This document shows positions 19,231-30,108 of a stretch of 64,000 nt of DNA, in pieces. The DNA is taken from positions 204 to 64,203 of IMG/VR virus record IMGVR_UViG_3300033076_000117; one strand, written 5' to 3'. This DNA is from a virus. Lineage: Duplodnaviria > Caudoviricetes. The first letter of the stretch is position 1, and every line of letters starts with the position of its first letter. The notes beneath the pieces are model-generated. The model was not told the origin of the DNA and did not search any database. It saw nothing but the letters and a program-made list of their open reading frames with translations. The translations under genes were made by a program, and so were the position numbers.

Positions 19231-19854
19231 ATGCGAAGCCTCAAACAATACATCGTTGAAAGCGTAAGAACTTACAACTACACAATCAAGATTGCTGGCG
19301 ACATTGATAAGAACTTTATGGACTTATTCAAGTACAATTTGAATAAGTTTGATCCAGTCAAAATCAGTGAACCAGTAACAACCCCTATTCAAAAGTCTCC
19401 ATATGGATTTCCTAATCTAGCAAATCAATCAGTGAACATCATTAAGGCAGAGTTTCGCTATCCAGCAACTGAGCCAATGATTCAACAGATTGCTCAATTG
19501 TTAGGTTACAACGTCAACATGGTTCGTGTTATTGATTCACGTTTTGATGATAGCATCAATAGCGAGTCAGAGGGCTATGCTAACGAGGCAGATCATAATC
19601 CATTGTTGCTACATCCAGAACTAGAAGAACAGCCTGGTGCTAAAGAAGCGGCAAAGGCTTATAGTGATTCGTATCTAAATTCTATTAAGACACAATCAGA
19701 AGGTTCTAAGATTGACATTCCTTACGAAGGTAAGAAAACACCTGATGCGTTTGATCCGTTCAAACCATACTTGGCTAATGATCCAAGAGGTGAAAAGAGT
19801 CCAATGTCAACAATCACTAGACCACCAAAGCCAGCAACTGGCGCAAGAAAATAA
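19231..19854 (+). CDS. Putative head/prohead protein
   Basis: Late promoter 19205-19211; N-terminus MRSLKQYIVE resembles the T4 capsid-targeting sequence. Confidence 0.5.
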   Translation: MRSLKQYIVESVRTYNYTIKIAGDIDKNFMDLFKYNLNKFDPVKISEPVTTPIQKSPYGFPNLANQSVNIIKAEFRYPATEPMIQQIAQLLGYNVNMVRVIDSRFDDSINSESEGYANEADHNPLLLHPELEEQPGAKEAAKAYSDSYLNSIKTQSEGSKIDIPYEGKKTPDAFDPFKPYLANDPRGEKSPMSTITRPPKPATGARK

Positions 19855-19868
19855 TAAAGGAATATAAA

Positions 19869-22088
19869 ATGGATTTCAAAAGTTTATTATCACAACTAGA
19901 CCAGTTGAATGAAGCAACAAAAGAAACAGGTAAAGGTCGTGTTCACACCGCTGACGCAGGTGGTTATGGACGTAAAGACGATGAAGATGATGAGGGCAAG
20001 AAAGTAAAAGCTAATGGCCCTAAAAAGAAGCGTGGCGGTCAAGAGAAGGATGAAGGTCCTAAATTTGATACACCTAAAGGCGATATCTTTGGTCGTACAT
20101 CAGGTACAGCACCAAAAGGTAAGTCAGGTCGTAAAGTCACTCCTATGAAAGACGCTGACAAGGCCGAAAAGAAAGCTGAGAAAAAAGGCTTGAAAGAATA
20201 CTTTGAGTCATTAGACAAAGCATTAAGTGAAGCCGCATTAACTCCTACACAAACATTAGTTCCTGGTTTTCAAGCAGGTGGCAAATCAGCAGAGCCAACA
20301 ATCATTGATATCAAAAACAATCCAGCATTGAAGGCTGCGTTGGACAAGGCTGCTAAAGACAAGCAACTTACTACAGTAAGTATTCCTCAACAAGGCGGTC
20401 AAACAACTCCTGGTCAAACAAAACAGACTTCAGGCTCTATGGGTGCTGACAATCAGCAATCTATGGAAGAAGATGCAGAAGATTACAGTGCTAAAAAAGC
20501 ACGTGCAGGTAAAGACATTGGCAAGCCAGGTAAGAACTTTGACAAGATTGCCAAAGATGCAGGCAAACGCTATGGTTCTAAAGAAGCAGGCAAGCGTGTA
20601 GCTGGTGCTATTCTAGCAAAGCTACGTGGCAAAATGAACGAAGCTGATCTACCAGTTCACGATGGTGATATGGGTGCTGGCTTAGGTGCTGGTCGTAGTC
20701 AAGCAACGTTTGAAGATGCTAAGCCTGACTATATCGATCTAGATAAAGACGGTAACAAAAAAGAAACTATGAAGAAGGCTGCTAAAGATAAAAAGAAAGC
20801 AGTGAAAGAAGGTATGGATACACGAATAAAAGCCGCGCATCACGCAGGTAAATCACATGCGTTATCTAAGCAAAATTATAGTTGCAAGTACGATGACGTT
20901 GAAGAAGCACGTGCTTATCACGATGGCTTCAAAGAAGGTCTAGACGAATGCTATGGTCAAGTTCCTATCGCAGGTATCTCTGTAATGGGTGAAGCTCCAT
21001 CAAGCACAGTCGATGATATGGCAAGTTATGGTGCTCACACACCGTCGTTAGATGAAGAAGAATTTGATGAAGGTAACGCATTCACTGGCGCATTGAATAG
21101 AACACCAACTGGTGGTAAGTTCAGTGTTGGTGGTAAGACATTCACTGACCATTCTTCTCTTGAAGAAGAAGGTGTTTTTGAGTCATGGGATAATCAATTG
21201 AACTCTTTACTAGAAGAATACGGTACAATACAAGAAGGTATGACTGTTTCTATCAGTAAAGGTCAAGAAGGTAGTCCTGATTCAGTAAGTGTTTCAGCAC
21301 AAGACCAAGAAGCAGAACAATTACTAAGCATTATCAAGCAAGCTGGTTTAGGTTTATTTGGTGGTGATGAGCAAACTGTTCAGCCAATGGGTCACGAAGG
21401 TGGTGATGAAATGACAGTTGACGTTGGCGAGCCAGCAGAAATTGGTGCTAACGGTGATGACATTGATGTTGTTGACGACCACGATGGTATGATGGCATTA
21501 ATTAAAAAAGTTACAGGTGGTGCAGGTCAACCTGAAGTAGTTGCTATTGGTGGCGAAGAAGGTCACGAAGAAGGTGACTCTGACGATTACGAAGATGAAG
21601 AAGAACATGAACACGACCACGAAGAAGAAACTGATGAATCAACATGTGAAGGTTGTGGCATGGAAGAATCTGAATGCAGTTGTGACCATGACGATAAAGA
21701 GCAAGTAGACGAAGTTGAGTCTGAAGATCAAATGACTTACGAAGTCGCTGAAGATAATGCTCCTGATTCGGGCGCAGCCGAAGAAGAGGAAGAAATTGAA
21801 GATACTGCTCAAGCAAATAAATCTGCTGCCGAATACGATGCCGCAGAAGATGAAAACAGCCTAAATGAATGGGCTAATGATGCAGGTCAACGAGGTACAG
21901 ATGACTCATTCGAATCAGATATTGATTTCATGGTAAATGCAATTTCTGGTGGTTTGAACAAGCGTAAGCAAACTGGTCAGACAACAATTCCAGTTGTTGC
22001 AAGCCAACTAAATCGCACAGTATCACATGATACAACTGACGTAAACGAATCAATTAGTGATTGGAAGGCGTTAGCAGGTATCAAGTAA
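19869..22088 (+). CDS. Putative internal head / scaffold-like protein (basic N-terminal half, very acidic C-terminal half)
   Basis: Many hydrophobic-x-E sites (LNE, LSE, MNE, VKE, IQE, LNE, VNE); low complexity; D/E tracts. Confidence 0.5.
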   Translation: MDFKSLLSQLDQLNEATKETGKGRVHTADAGGYGRKDDEDDEGKKVKANGPKKKRGGQEKDEGPKFDTPKGDIFGRTSGTAPKGKSGRKVTPMKDADKAEKKAEKKGLKEYFESLDKALSEAALTPTQTLVPGFQAGGKSAEPTIIDIKNNPALKAALDKAAKDKQLTTVSIPQQGGQTTPGQTKQTSGSMGADNQQSMEEDAEDYSAKKARAGKDIGKPGKNFDKIAKDAGKRYGSKEAGKRVAGAILAKLRGKMNEADLPVHDGDMGAGLGAGRSQATFEDAKPDYIDLDKDGNKKETMKKAAKDKKKAVKEGMDTRIKAAHHAGKSHALSKQNYSCKYDDVEEARAYHDGFKEGLDECYGQVPIAGISVMGEAPSSTVDDMASYGAHTPSLDEEEFDEGNAFTGALNRTPTGGKFSVGGKTFTDHSSLEEEGVFESWDNQLNSLLEEYGTIQEGMTVSISKGQEGSPDSVSVSAQDQEAEQLLSIIKQAGLGLFGGDEQTVQPMGHEGGDEMTVDVGEPAEIGANGDDIDVVDDHDGMMALIKKVTGGAGQPEVVAIGGEEGHEEGDSDDYEDEEEHEHDHEEETDESTCEGCGMEESECSCDHDDKEQVDEVESEDQMTYEVAEDNAPDSGAAEEEEEIEDTAQANKSAAEYDAAEDENSLNEWANDAGQRGTDDSFESDIDFMVNAISGGLNKRKQTGQTTIPVVASQLNRTVSHDTTDVNESISDWKALAGIK

Positions 22089-22101
22089 TTGATAAAACTC
22101 T

Positions 22102-22134
22102 AAAAAATGCCCGGCAATAGTCGGGTATTTTTTT
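22102..22134 (+). terminator. Intrinsic terminator
   Basis: ATGCCCGGC-AATA-GTCGGGTAT followed by T tract. Confidence 0.8.
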
Positions 22135-22185
22135 GGACATACCATTTATCTAAAAACGATAAATACTTGATAAGGTGATATAGAT

Positions 22186-25100
22186 ATGGCGCAACAAAAC
22201 ATAGACTTCGGCTCATTCCCTGATGACCCATCAGCGGATTCAATACGAGCCGCGTTTCAAAAGGCAAACACTAATTTCTCAGAGTTATTCAATGTAACGT
22301 CTAACTCATCAGTTACCTCTGTTAATAGAACAGCTGGCTTAGGCATTACAGTTAATGCCCCTACAGGTAATGTTATTGTTAGTGCAAATATTGCTTATGT
22401 AAATTTCAGTTCAACAACATTAAACATTGGTTTAAACCCAAACCCGTCAACTAAATCAGCAACATACGATTCATATTCAAAGACTGTTTATATTGAACTT
22501 CCCAGTACAGTGACTGTTTCAAATATAACTGTTTCTAATAATGCAGTAATCAGTGGTAATCTTTCAGTCGCAGGAAACGCTATTTTAGGGAATTCTGTAA
22601 CAGGTAACTATTTTATTGGAGATGGTAGTTATTTAACAAACCTAACAGGTGGTAATATTGTAGGGGATGTTGCTAATGCTAATTACGCAGCCTATGCTGG
22701 TACTATCACATTAGGTGCTCAACCTAATATCACAAGCACAGGCACGTTAACAAGTGCAAGCGTTTCAGGCAACGCAAACATTGGTAACATTGGCACTGCT
22801 GGGTTAATTACAGCTACAGGTAACGTTACTGCAGGTAACTTAGTAACTGGTGGAGCAATTAGTGCTACTGGTAATGCTAACGTAGGTAATTTAGGAACTA
22901 CAGGTGTTTACGCAACAAGCCTAAGTGCTACAGCTAACGCTAACGTTGGTAATTTGGGTACTGCAGGTCTAATCACTGCAACAGGTAATGTAACAGCAGG
23001 TAATTTAGTAACAAGTGGACTAACAACAACATCAACGTTATCAGCATCTGGTAATGCCAATGTAGGTAACTTAGGCACTTCTGGACTAATTACAGCTACA
23101 GGTAACGTTACAGCAGGTAATTTAATAACTAGTGGCACAATTAGCGCAACAGGAAATGCTAATGTAGGTAATATCGGAGCTACTTCAGGTGTGTTTACCG
23201 ATGTTACAGGTTCGTTAACAACTGCCGCACAGCCTAACATCACAAGTACAGGTACATTAGTATCACTATCTGTATCAGGTAATGCCAACATTGGTAATGT
23301 GGGCGCTACTTTGTTTGTGGGCAACATTAGTGGTACAGGCAATAGCAACGTAGGTAACTTAGGTGTTACAGGTGTATTTGCTACGACATTGAGTGCATCA
23401 GGAAATGCTAACGTAGGCAACTTAGGTGCTACATTGGTTGTTGGTAATATATCAGGAACTGGTAACAGTAACGTAGGTAACTTAGGTGCTACGGGTGTTT
23501 ATGCAACAAGCGTAAGTGCTACTGCTAACGCTAACGTTGGTAATTTGGGTACTGCAGGTCTAATCACTGCAACAGGTAATATTCAATCTAGTAGTTTCTT
23601 AGTAGGTGCCAACCTATCAGTGACAGGTAATGCCAACGTAGGTAATATTGGTGGCAATAACGCATTGTTTGGAAATGTAACAGGTACTTTAACAACTGCG
23701 GCACAACCTAATATTACAAGCACGGGCACTTTAACAACCTTAACAGTTTCTGGTAATGCAAACGTAGGCAATTTATATGCTACAGATGATGTTTATGCTA
23801 ATTTTTACCATGGTAATGGTCATCTATTAACAGGTGTTCAAACAAGCGCAAACTCATTGATTGTTGCACCAAATGATGTTGCAAATTACACAAGTATTGT
23901 TGTAACCAGTGCTAATGCAACCTTCAATATAAACAACACGGCCGCAGTATTAGTAGCAACATCAACTGAACTTACTTCTAATATTAACATCACTACTGCT
24001 ACAAATAAAACAATTACAGGTGGTGTGATTGTAGGTAACATCGCTGGTACTATAACAGCAAACGCAAATGCACAACCAAATATTACTAGTTTAGGACAAC
24101 TAACTGGTCTTTCAGTTAATGGTACTGCAAATTTAGGAAATATAGCTAACGTTAAGATTCTTGGATCTACAGGTTATCTATACAATGATAGCTCAAACGT
24201 ACTAACATATCAGACTGTTATTACTCAAGTTATTCCAGGTACAGCTAATTCAATGTTGTATAGCTCAGGATCAAATACAATTCTAGCAAGTGCTAATATC
24301 AAATTTGATGATCCTAACTTATCAGTTACTGGTAATATAACTGCGACAGGTAACGCAAACATAGGTAATATTGGTAGTGCAGGTCTAATCACTGCTACAG
24401 GTAATATTACTGGTGGTAATTTAATTACTAGTGGTTTAGTAAGTGCTACTGGTAATGGTTCTTTTGGAAATATTTCTGTTCCAGGTACTGCAACAGCAAC
24501 TACTCTATCAGCTACTGGTACGATCATTGGAACATTAGCTACAGGTGCTCAGCCTAATATCACAAGTACTGGTACACTAACATCATTAAGCATATCAGGT
24601 AATGCTAATATCGGTAATATCGGTACTGCAGGTTTAGTTACTGCTACGGGTAACGTTACAGCAGGTAATTTAGTAACAGGCGGTTCGTTATCAGTAACTG
24701 GTAATGCTAATGTAGGTAACATCGGTGCGACATTGTTTGTTGGTAATATATCAGGAACGGGTAACAGCAACGTAGGTAACTTAGGTGCTACTGGAGTTTA
24801 TGCAACATTATTGAGTGCTACTGCAAACGCTAACGTTGGGAACATAGGTGCAACTGGTGTAATCACGGTAACAGGCAATGCTTATGTTGGTAACGTGGTT
24901 ACTACAGGACAAGTTAGTGCTACTGGAAACGGTATCTTTGGTAATGTTTCTGCAACTCTATTCACTGGTAATATCAGTGGTACTGGTAATAGCAACGTGG
25001 GTAACTTAGGTGTCTCGGGACTAATTACTGCAACAGGTAACGTCACAGGCGGCAACGTTATTGGTACATTGTTGACTGGTACATTATCAACTGCGGCACA

Positions 25101-25665
25101 GCCTAATATCACAAGCACAGGTACGTTAACAACATTATCTGTATCAGGAAATGCAAACATAGGAAATATTGGCACAGCAGGTGTCGTTACGGCTACAGGT
25201 AACATTACAGGTGGCAACGTTATTGGTACATTGTTAACTGGTACGTTGTCAACTGCCGCACAGCCTAACGTTACATCTGTGGGTACACTTGCATCTCTAT
25301 CAGTGACAGGTAACGTTACTGGTGGAAATATTATTGCAACTACCTTCGACATTACTGGTGTAACAACGGGTATTACTGCATCAGGCACAACACAAGGTGG
25401 TGCAACAGCGTTGACAAAAGCAATTAACATTGTGTCTACAGTATCAGCAGGTGCTAACGGTGTTGTATTGCCAACAGCAGTAGCAGGTATGTCAGTTTAT
25501 GTTACAAATAACGGATCTACCGCAGTTAACGTATATCCTGCATCAGGCGCCGCAGTTAATGGAGGTGCAACAAATGCCGCATACTCACAGCCTGTAGGTT
25601 CAACAGTTCATTTCATTGCACCTACAACAACACAGTGGTATACTGTGACTGGTACATACGCATAA
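22186..25665 (+). CDS. Repetitive tail fibre / baseplate fibre protein
   Basis: Seven AQPN(I/V)TS.G.L..L.V units, many GNANVGNLG and TATGNVT units; almost no charged residues in the repeat region; late promoter 22159-22165. Confidence 0.75.
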   Translation: MAQQNIDFGSFPDDPSADSIRAAFQKANTNFSELFNVTSNSSVTSVNRTAGLGITVNAPTGNVIVSANIAYVNFSSTTLNIGLNPNPSTKSATYDSYSKTVYIELPSTVTVSNITVSNNAVISGNLSVAGNAILGNSVTGNYFIGDGSYLTNLTGGNIVGDVANANYAAYAGTITLGAQPNITSTGTLTSASVSGNANIGNIGTAGLITATGNVTAGNLVTGGAISATGNANVGNLGTTGVYATSLSATANANVGNLGTAGLITATGNVTAGNLVTSGLTTTSTLSASGNANVGNLGTSGLITATGNVTAGNLITSGTISATGNANVGNIGATSGVFTDVTGSLTTAAQPNITSTGTLVSLSVSGNANIGNVGATLFVGNISGTGNSNVGNLGVTGVFATTLSASGNANVGNLGATLVVGNISGTGNSNVGNLGATGVYATSVSATANANVGNLGTAGLITATGNIQSSSFLVGANLSVTGNANVGNIGGNNALFGNVTGTLTTAAQPNITSTGTLTTLTVSGNANVGNLYATDDVYANFYHGNGHLLTGVQTSANSLIVAPNDVANYTSIVVTSANATFNINNTAAVLVATSTELTSNINITTATNKTITGGVIVGNIAGTITANANAQPNITSLGQLTGLSVNGTANLGNIANVKILGSTGYLYNDSSNVLTYQTVITQVIPGTANSMLYSSGSNTILASANIKFDDPNLSVTGNITATGNANIGNIGSAGLITATGNITGGNLITSGLVSATGNGSFGNISVPGTATATTLSATGTIIGTLATGAQPNITSTGTLTSLSISGNANIGNIGTAGLVTATGNVTAGNLVTGGSLSVTGNANVGNIGATLFVGNISGTGNSNVGNLGATGVYATLLSATANANVGNIGATGVITVTGNAYVGNVVTTGQVSATGNGIFGNVSATLFTGNISGTGNSNVGNLGVSGLITATGNVTGGNVIGTLLTGTLSTAAQPNITSTGTLTTLSVSGNANIGNIGTAGVVTATGNITGGNVIGTLLTGTLSTAAQPNVTSVGTLASLSVTGNVTGGNIIATTFDITGVTTGITASGTTQGGATALTKAINIVSTVSAGANGVVLPTAVAGMSVYVTNNGSTAVNVYPASGAAVNGGATNAAYSQPVGSTVHFIAPTTTQWYTVTGTYA
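22933..23580 (+). repeat. Identical 57-bp direct repeat inside the fibre gene
   Basis: GCTAACGCTAACGTTGGTAATTTGGGTACTGCAGGTCTAATCACTGCAACAGGTAAT at 22933-22989 and 23524-23580. Confidence 0.85.
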
Positions 25666-25677
25666 TAGGGGATAAGA

Positions 25678-26307
25678 ATGCAAGTAACACTAGAATTATT
25701 ACAACATATGTGTCCAAAGACAAAACTTTCTGTATTAGAGGGTTATGTTGAGCCATTGAACACTGTCGCAGAATATTATGAAATGACAGCGAACCCAGCA
25801 AGATTAGCAGGGTTCTTGTCGCAAACTGCACACGAATCAGGTGGCTTTAATTTCATTAAAGAAAATTTGAACTATAGTGCTAAAGGTCTAATGACAACAT
25901 TCAAAAAGTATTTCCCTACAGAAGATTTAGCAAAGCAGTATGAACGTAAACCTGAGAAGATTGCTAATCGTGTTTATGCTAATCGCATGGGCAACGGACC
26001 AGAAGAATCAGGTGATGGATATCGTTTCTGTGGTCGTGGATTGATTCAATTAACAGGTCGTCAGAACTATACAAAATTAGCAGAAGATTTGGGAATCAGC
26101 GTTGAAGAAACTGCACAATACTTAGAGACACCTAATGGCGCTGTATCAAGTGCAGGCTGGTTTTGGGATAACAACAACTTGAATAGCTATTGTGATAAGA
26201 ATGATTTTATCACGTTAACAAAACGTATCAATGGTGGTACTATTGGTTTAGCAGATAGACAGCATCACTTTGATGAAGCAATGCACTTTCTAACAAGACA
26301 GGGATAA
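25678..26307 (+). CDS. Glycoside hydrolase family 19 lysozyme (endolysin or baseplate muramidase)
   Basis: FLSQTAHESGGF, ENLNYS, RGRG-type CGRGLIQLTGR.NY, WFW, TKRINGG..GL.DR. Confidence 0.9.
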   Translation: MQVTLELLQHMCPKTKLSVLEGYVEPLNTVAEYYEMTANPARLAGFLSQTAHESGGFNFIKENLNYSAKGLMTTFKKYFPTEDLAKQYERKPEKIANRVYANRMGNGPEESGDGYRFCGRGLIQLTGRQNYTKLAEDLGISVEETAQYLETPNGAVSSAGWFWDNNNLNSYCDKNDFITLTKRINGGTIGLADRQHHFDEAMHFLTRQG

Positions 26308-26308
26308 T

Positions 26309-28786
26309 ATGGCACAACCTGTATGGATCACTACTGCGGGCTCAATAGGAAATTACCCTGCATTGTTTTCAATGAGTTTTCAATTGGAAGCAGAACCTGT
26401 ACTACCAGCAACAACGATAACGTATACGTTGTTGAGTGGGTCATTACCACCAGGTATAACAATGGATTCAACTGGTTTAATAACTGGAACACCTTCACTA
26501 GTAACTCAATTAACTACATCATCTTTTGCTGTAAGAGTGACAGATAATTTAGGTAACATTCGTGACCGTACATTTTCTATGCAAATTTCAGGTTCTGCCA
26601 TACCAGCATTCACTACGCCACCTGGATTAATAAGCTCAATTTTAGATAGTACATGGATTGATTTACCTATAACATTTTCAAACCCCGATTCTTCTAATCC
26701 AGTAATTATTCAAGTCAAAGAAGGTGAGTTGCCACCAGGATTAGAGATTGATATTTTAGGTGTAATCAGAGGTTATGCAAAACCACCAACAGTTACTGTT
26801 AACAGACCTTTAATAACTACATTGGCCTCTGCAACAAGTAGTGCGACTAATGAAATAACAGTTCTGTCAACATCAGGATTTTCTGTAGGTAGGCCTATCA
26901 TTTTCACAGGAACTGTATTTGGTAATATCGTTTCTGGACAGACTTATTATATTAAGTCAATATCTTCTAATAATACAATTACTATTACTTCAACACAAGG
27001 TGGCTTAGTTCAATTACTAGGTGACGGTGTAGGTTCAATGACAGTTACGTTACCATCAGTTTCAACTGGACAACCTATTATAAGAACATACAGTTTTACA
27101 TTAGAAATAACTAGTCCATTGGGTGGAAATACTGCCTCATATTCTATAACAGTGATTAACCAAAACACTCCTGTTAATCAAGGTGGTCCTGGAAGACTCC
27201 CAAACACTAGAATACCTACTTTATTAAATACTAGACCTTTAACGTATAACTTAAACGACAGCGACCCCTACTATGGATATTATTCACTGCCACCTGTAGC
27301 ACCGTCAACTCCTGCGTCTTTAGGTAAATTTCAAAGCGGGGAATTTTTTGCATTCAAAATGATAGGATATGATTTTGATAGCAACCCATTACAATATAGT
27401 TTTAGTGGATTACCTAGTTTCTTAACAGGTGATGTTAATACAGGATGGATAACAGGTACTCCTACATTAGCAACTGCTAGTATCAGTAGTTATAGTTTTA
27501 GTGTTAGTGTGTTTAAGGCAGATGCTCCTCAATATGCAACACCTTATTTTAACTTTGTAATGGATGTACAAAAAGATATTACTGGAAAAATTGTTTGGAG
27601 TTCTGGTAACAATCTTGGAACGATCCTCAATGGTAATATCAGTACATTGTTTGTCCGAGCAATTAGTGATGTTCCTCTATCTTATAGAATAACTTCAGGA
27701 TCGTTGCCACCTAATTTAGTTTTGTCAACATCAGGAGAAATAATAGGCAGAGTTGCAGACCAACCTACTAGTACACTGTTAGAACAAAATTCAACGACTG
27801 AATACACATTTACTGTTCAAGCATATTCTACAAAATATACATCAGTGAGTTCATCTAAAACATTTACAGTTACTGTTCTACAAGAATTCACTCAGCCAAC
27901 TGATATTCTTTATATCAAAGCAACACCACCTCTTAATGATAGAGTGTTGTTAGATTCATTATTAAACAACGATACAATTATTCCACCTGAAATGATATAT
28001 CGCCCAGAGGATCAATACTTTGGAAAAGCGTCAAGTGTAATATATGAACACGCTTATGGAATATATGCAAGCGACATTCAACAGTACCTAGACGCTGTAC
28101 AAAGAAATCACTATTGGAGAAATATCACACTTGGTGAGATAAAAACTGCAATTGCCAAGAATGATGCAGGTGAAGTTATTTACGAAGTAGTATATAGTGA
28201 AATAATTGACAACTTAGTAAATCCAAAAGGAGTTAGTATCAGTGAGCAAATTTACTGGCCTAGATTTATTGATTTAGGATTAGGTCCTTGGTATACAAGT
28301 AGCACATCAATAAAGACTAGTTGGGAAGAGCAATTAGGTCAGCAATATTATACAAGTTTAACACCTGGATATGCACGTGTATTATATCCAAACAGTTTGT
28401 CAAACATGCGTAATCGTGTAGCGCAGACACTAGGACAAGAGTACAATAGTAAGTTGTTACCACAGTGGATGACTAGCCAACAGGAAAATGGTAGTACACT
28501 AGGTTACACTGCGGCTTGGGTAATATGCTATACAAAACCTGGATTCAGTCAGACAGTTAAAAACAACATCGAGACATTGCTACCATTCACTTTGAATCAG
28601 ATTAATTTTGAACTTGATAGATTCAGTGTAGATAAGAGCGCAACATATAATTACGATAGCGCAGGTGATCCTCCTGCTTGGGATTCATTACCAAGTGCAA
28701 CACCAGCACCTGATCCACTAGACAGTCAAGATTTTTATGTATTGTTCCCGAGAAAAACTATTTTACCGAACAAAACACAATACTAA
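26309..28786 (+). CDS. Baseplate wedge protein with putative Ig (He_PIG) repeats
   Basis: Repeated SGSLPPG/N..L..SG.I.G.P units; between fibre and other structural genes. Confidence 0.6.
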   Translation: MAQPVWITTAGSIGNYPALFSMSFQLEAEPVLPATTITYTLLSGSLPPGITMDSTGLITGTPSLVTQLTTSSFAVRVTDNLGNIRDRTFSMQISGSAIPAFTTPPGLISSILDSTWIDLPITFSNPDSSNPVIIQVKEGELPPGLEIDILGVIRGYAKPPTVTVNRPLITTLASATSSATNEITVLSTSGFSVGRPIIFTGTVFGNIVSGQTYYIKSISSNNTITITSTQGGLVQLLGDGVGSMTVTLPSVSTGQPIIRTYSFTLEITSPLGGNTASYSITVINQNTPVNQGGPGRLPNTRIPTLLNTRPLTYNLNDSDPYYGYYSLPPVAPSTPASLGKFQSGEFFAFKMIGYDFDSNPLQYSFSGLPSFLTGDVNTGWITGTPTLATASISSYSFSVSVFKADAPQYATPYFNFVMDVQKDITGKIVWSSGNNLGTILNGNISTLFVRAISDVPLSYRITSGSLPPNLVLSTSGEIIGRVADQPTSTLLEQNSTTEYTFTVQAYSTKYTSVSSSKTFTVTVLQEFTQPTDILYIKATPPLNDRVLLDSLLNNDTIIPPEMIYRPEDQYFGKASSVIYEHAYGIYASDIQQYLDAVQRNHYWRNITLGEIKTAIAKNDAGEVIYEVVYSEIIDNLVNPKGVSISEQIYWPRFIDLGLGPWYTSSTSIKTSWEEQLGQQYYTSLTPGYARVLYPNSLSNMRNRVAQTLGQEYNSKLLPQWMTSQQENGSTLGYTAAWVICYTKPGFSQTVKNNIETLLPFTLNQINFELDRFSVDKSATYNYDSAGDPPAWDSLPSATPAPDPLDSQDFYVLFPRKTILPNKTQY

Positions 28787-28808
28787 ATATTAGATACGGA
28801 ATTAATAT

Positions 28809-30095
28809 ATGAGTCAAATAAACACAAGCGGAATCAATGTAAATTATCCAGTACCTGGTATCAACCAAAGCTCACAGGGCTTTCGTGATAATTTTGCGGC
28901 GATCAAAACAAACTTAGACACTGGTTATAATGAACTTACTGACCTACAAAACAAAGTAGTTTTGAAGGCGGCATTGAACGGTACCACATTAAACAATGAC
29001 ATGGCTAATACACTTATTAGCAATGCATCTACACGTGGTTTCAGAGCAACAACATATAATTTAGGTAATGCTATTTCTGGCATTGCAACAGTTAATGCTA
29101 GCTTAGGTGATGTACAGTATGGTACAATCGTAGGTAACACAACACTACAGTTTACTGGATGGAGTCCAACTGGTACACAGAGCAGTGTTCAAGTAGATTT
29201 CAATATAGGTAATACATCTGCGGTAATCACTTTACCTGCAGAAGTTCAATTAGTAAATGCCTTTGGTGCAGAAACACTAGAAAACTATTCAAATGTAGGC
29301 GGTCTAGCCACATTGACTATACCTAATGGCGTTGAAGCAGTGACATACAATTTCAGCACCATTGATTGCGGTAATAGCATTGCTGTCACACCAATCAATA
29401 GACCAAGACAATCTACACAAATTCAACAACGTTCTATTACACCAACTGGATTGCCAGGAGATGTTGCGGGAACAGTATCAGTTGATCCAGCAGTATATCA
29501 ATTGCCAATTGCTAATACAAACTCCGCAGATTATTTTACGACAACTGGTAATACAGCACAGCTATTCACAGACATGCCAATCGTCTTTACAGGCACAAGC
29601 ATGGAAGCAAACATTACAATAGGAACAACATACTATGTACGTAACGTAGTTTCTAGTAATACATTTACTGTGTGTTCTTCTATTGGTGGTGCAAACGTAA
29701 ACTTAGCAGGCAATAGTAGTCCTACTAGTGCTATGAATGGTAATCCTGTTACTTACATGTATGTCTGTACAAATACATATGATTCTACCATGTATACTAA
29801 GACAGTGAGTGCAACTTACGATACAGGAAATATCACATTAAACAATACAAACTCATTAGAAGTTAATGCGCCTATTGTATTTGAAGGTGATGTGGTCGGT
29901 GGATTATCTGCAGGAACTATATATTACATAAAGACTATAGGTTCCGGTGGAAACATTACTATCAGTCAGTCTAGAACCAGTGGTGTCGCTGGTACTGTCG
30001 TAACTCTTGCTAACGCAACTCCAACAACTGATTGCAATGCAATTGCGTTTATTGGGAATGATATTTGGAAAAAGATTCCATTGACTTCTTGGTAA
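28809..30095 (+). CDS. Putative virion structural protein
   Basis: Late promoter CTAAATA 28783-28789; YPVPG...SSQGFRDNF N-terminus; two beta modules shared with 3027 and 26309. Confidence 0.55.
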   Translation: MSQINTSGINVNYPVPGINQSSQGFRDNFAAIKTNLDTGYNELTDLQNKVVLKAALNGTTLNNDMANTLISNASTRGFRATTYNLGNAISGIATVNASLGDVQYGTIVGNTTLQFTGWSPTGTQSSVQVDFNIGNTSAVITLPAEVQLVNAFGAETLENYSNVGGLATLTIPNGVEAVTYNFSTIDCGNSIAVTPINRPRQSTQIQQRSITPTGLPGDVAGTVSVDPAVYQLPIANTNSADYFTTTGNTAQLFTDMPIVFTGTSMEANITIGTTYYVRNVVSSNTFTVCSSIGGANVNLAGNSSPTSAMNGNPVTYMYVCTNTYDSTMYTKTVSATYDTGNITLNNTNSLEVNAPIVFEGDVVGGLSAGTIYYIKTIGSGGNITISQSRTSGVAGTVVTLANATPTTDCNAIAFIGNDIWKKIPLTSW

Positions 30096-30108
30096 ATAAA
30101 TACCTTCG

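Noticed and set aside
22908-25430. Several long antisense ORFs within the fibre gene
   Set aside because: Mirror products of the repetitive G/N/T/V codons (poly LPV/PTL); no SD or promoter; fully overlap a clear CDS.
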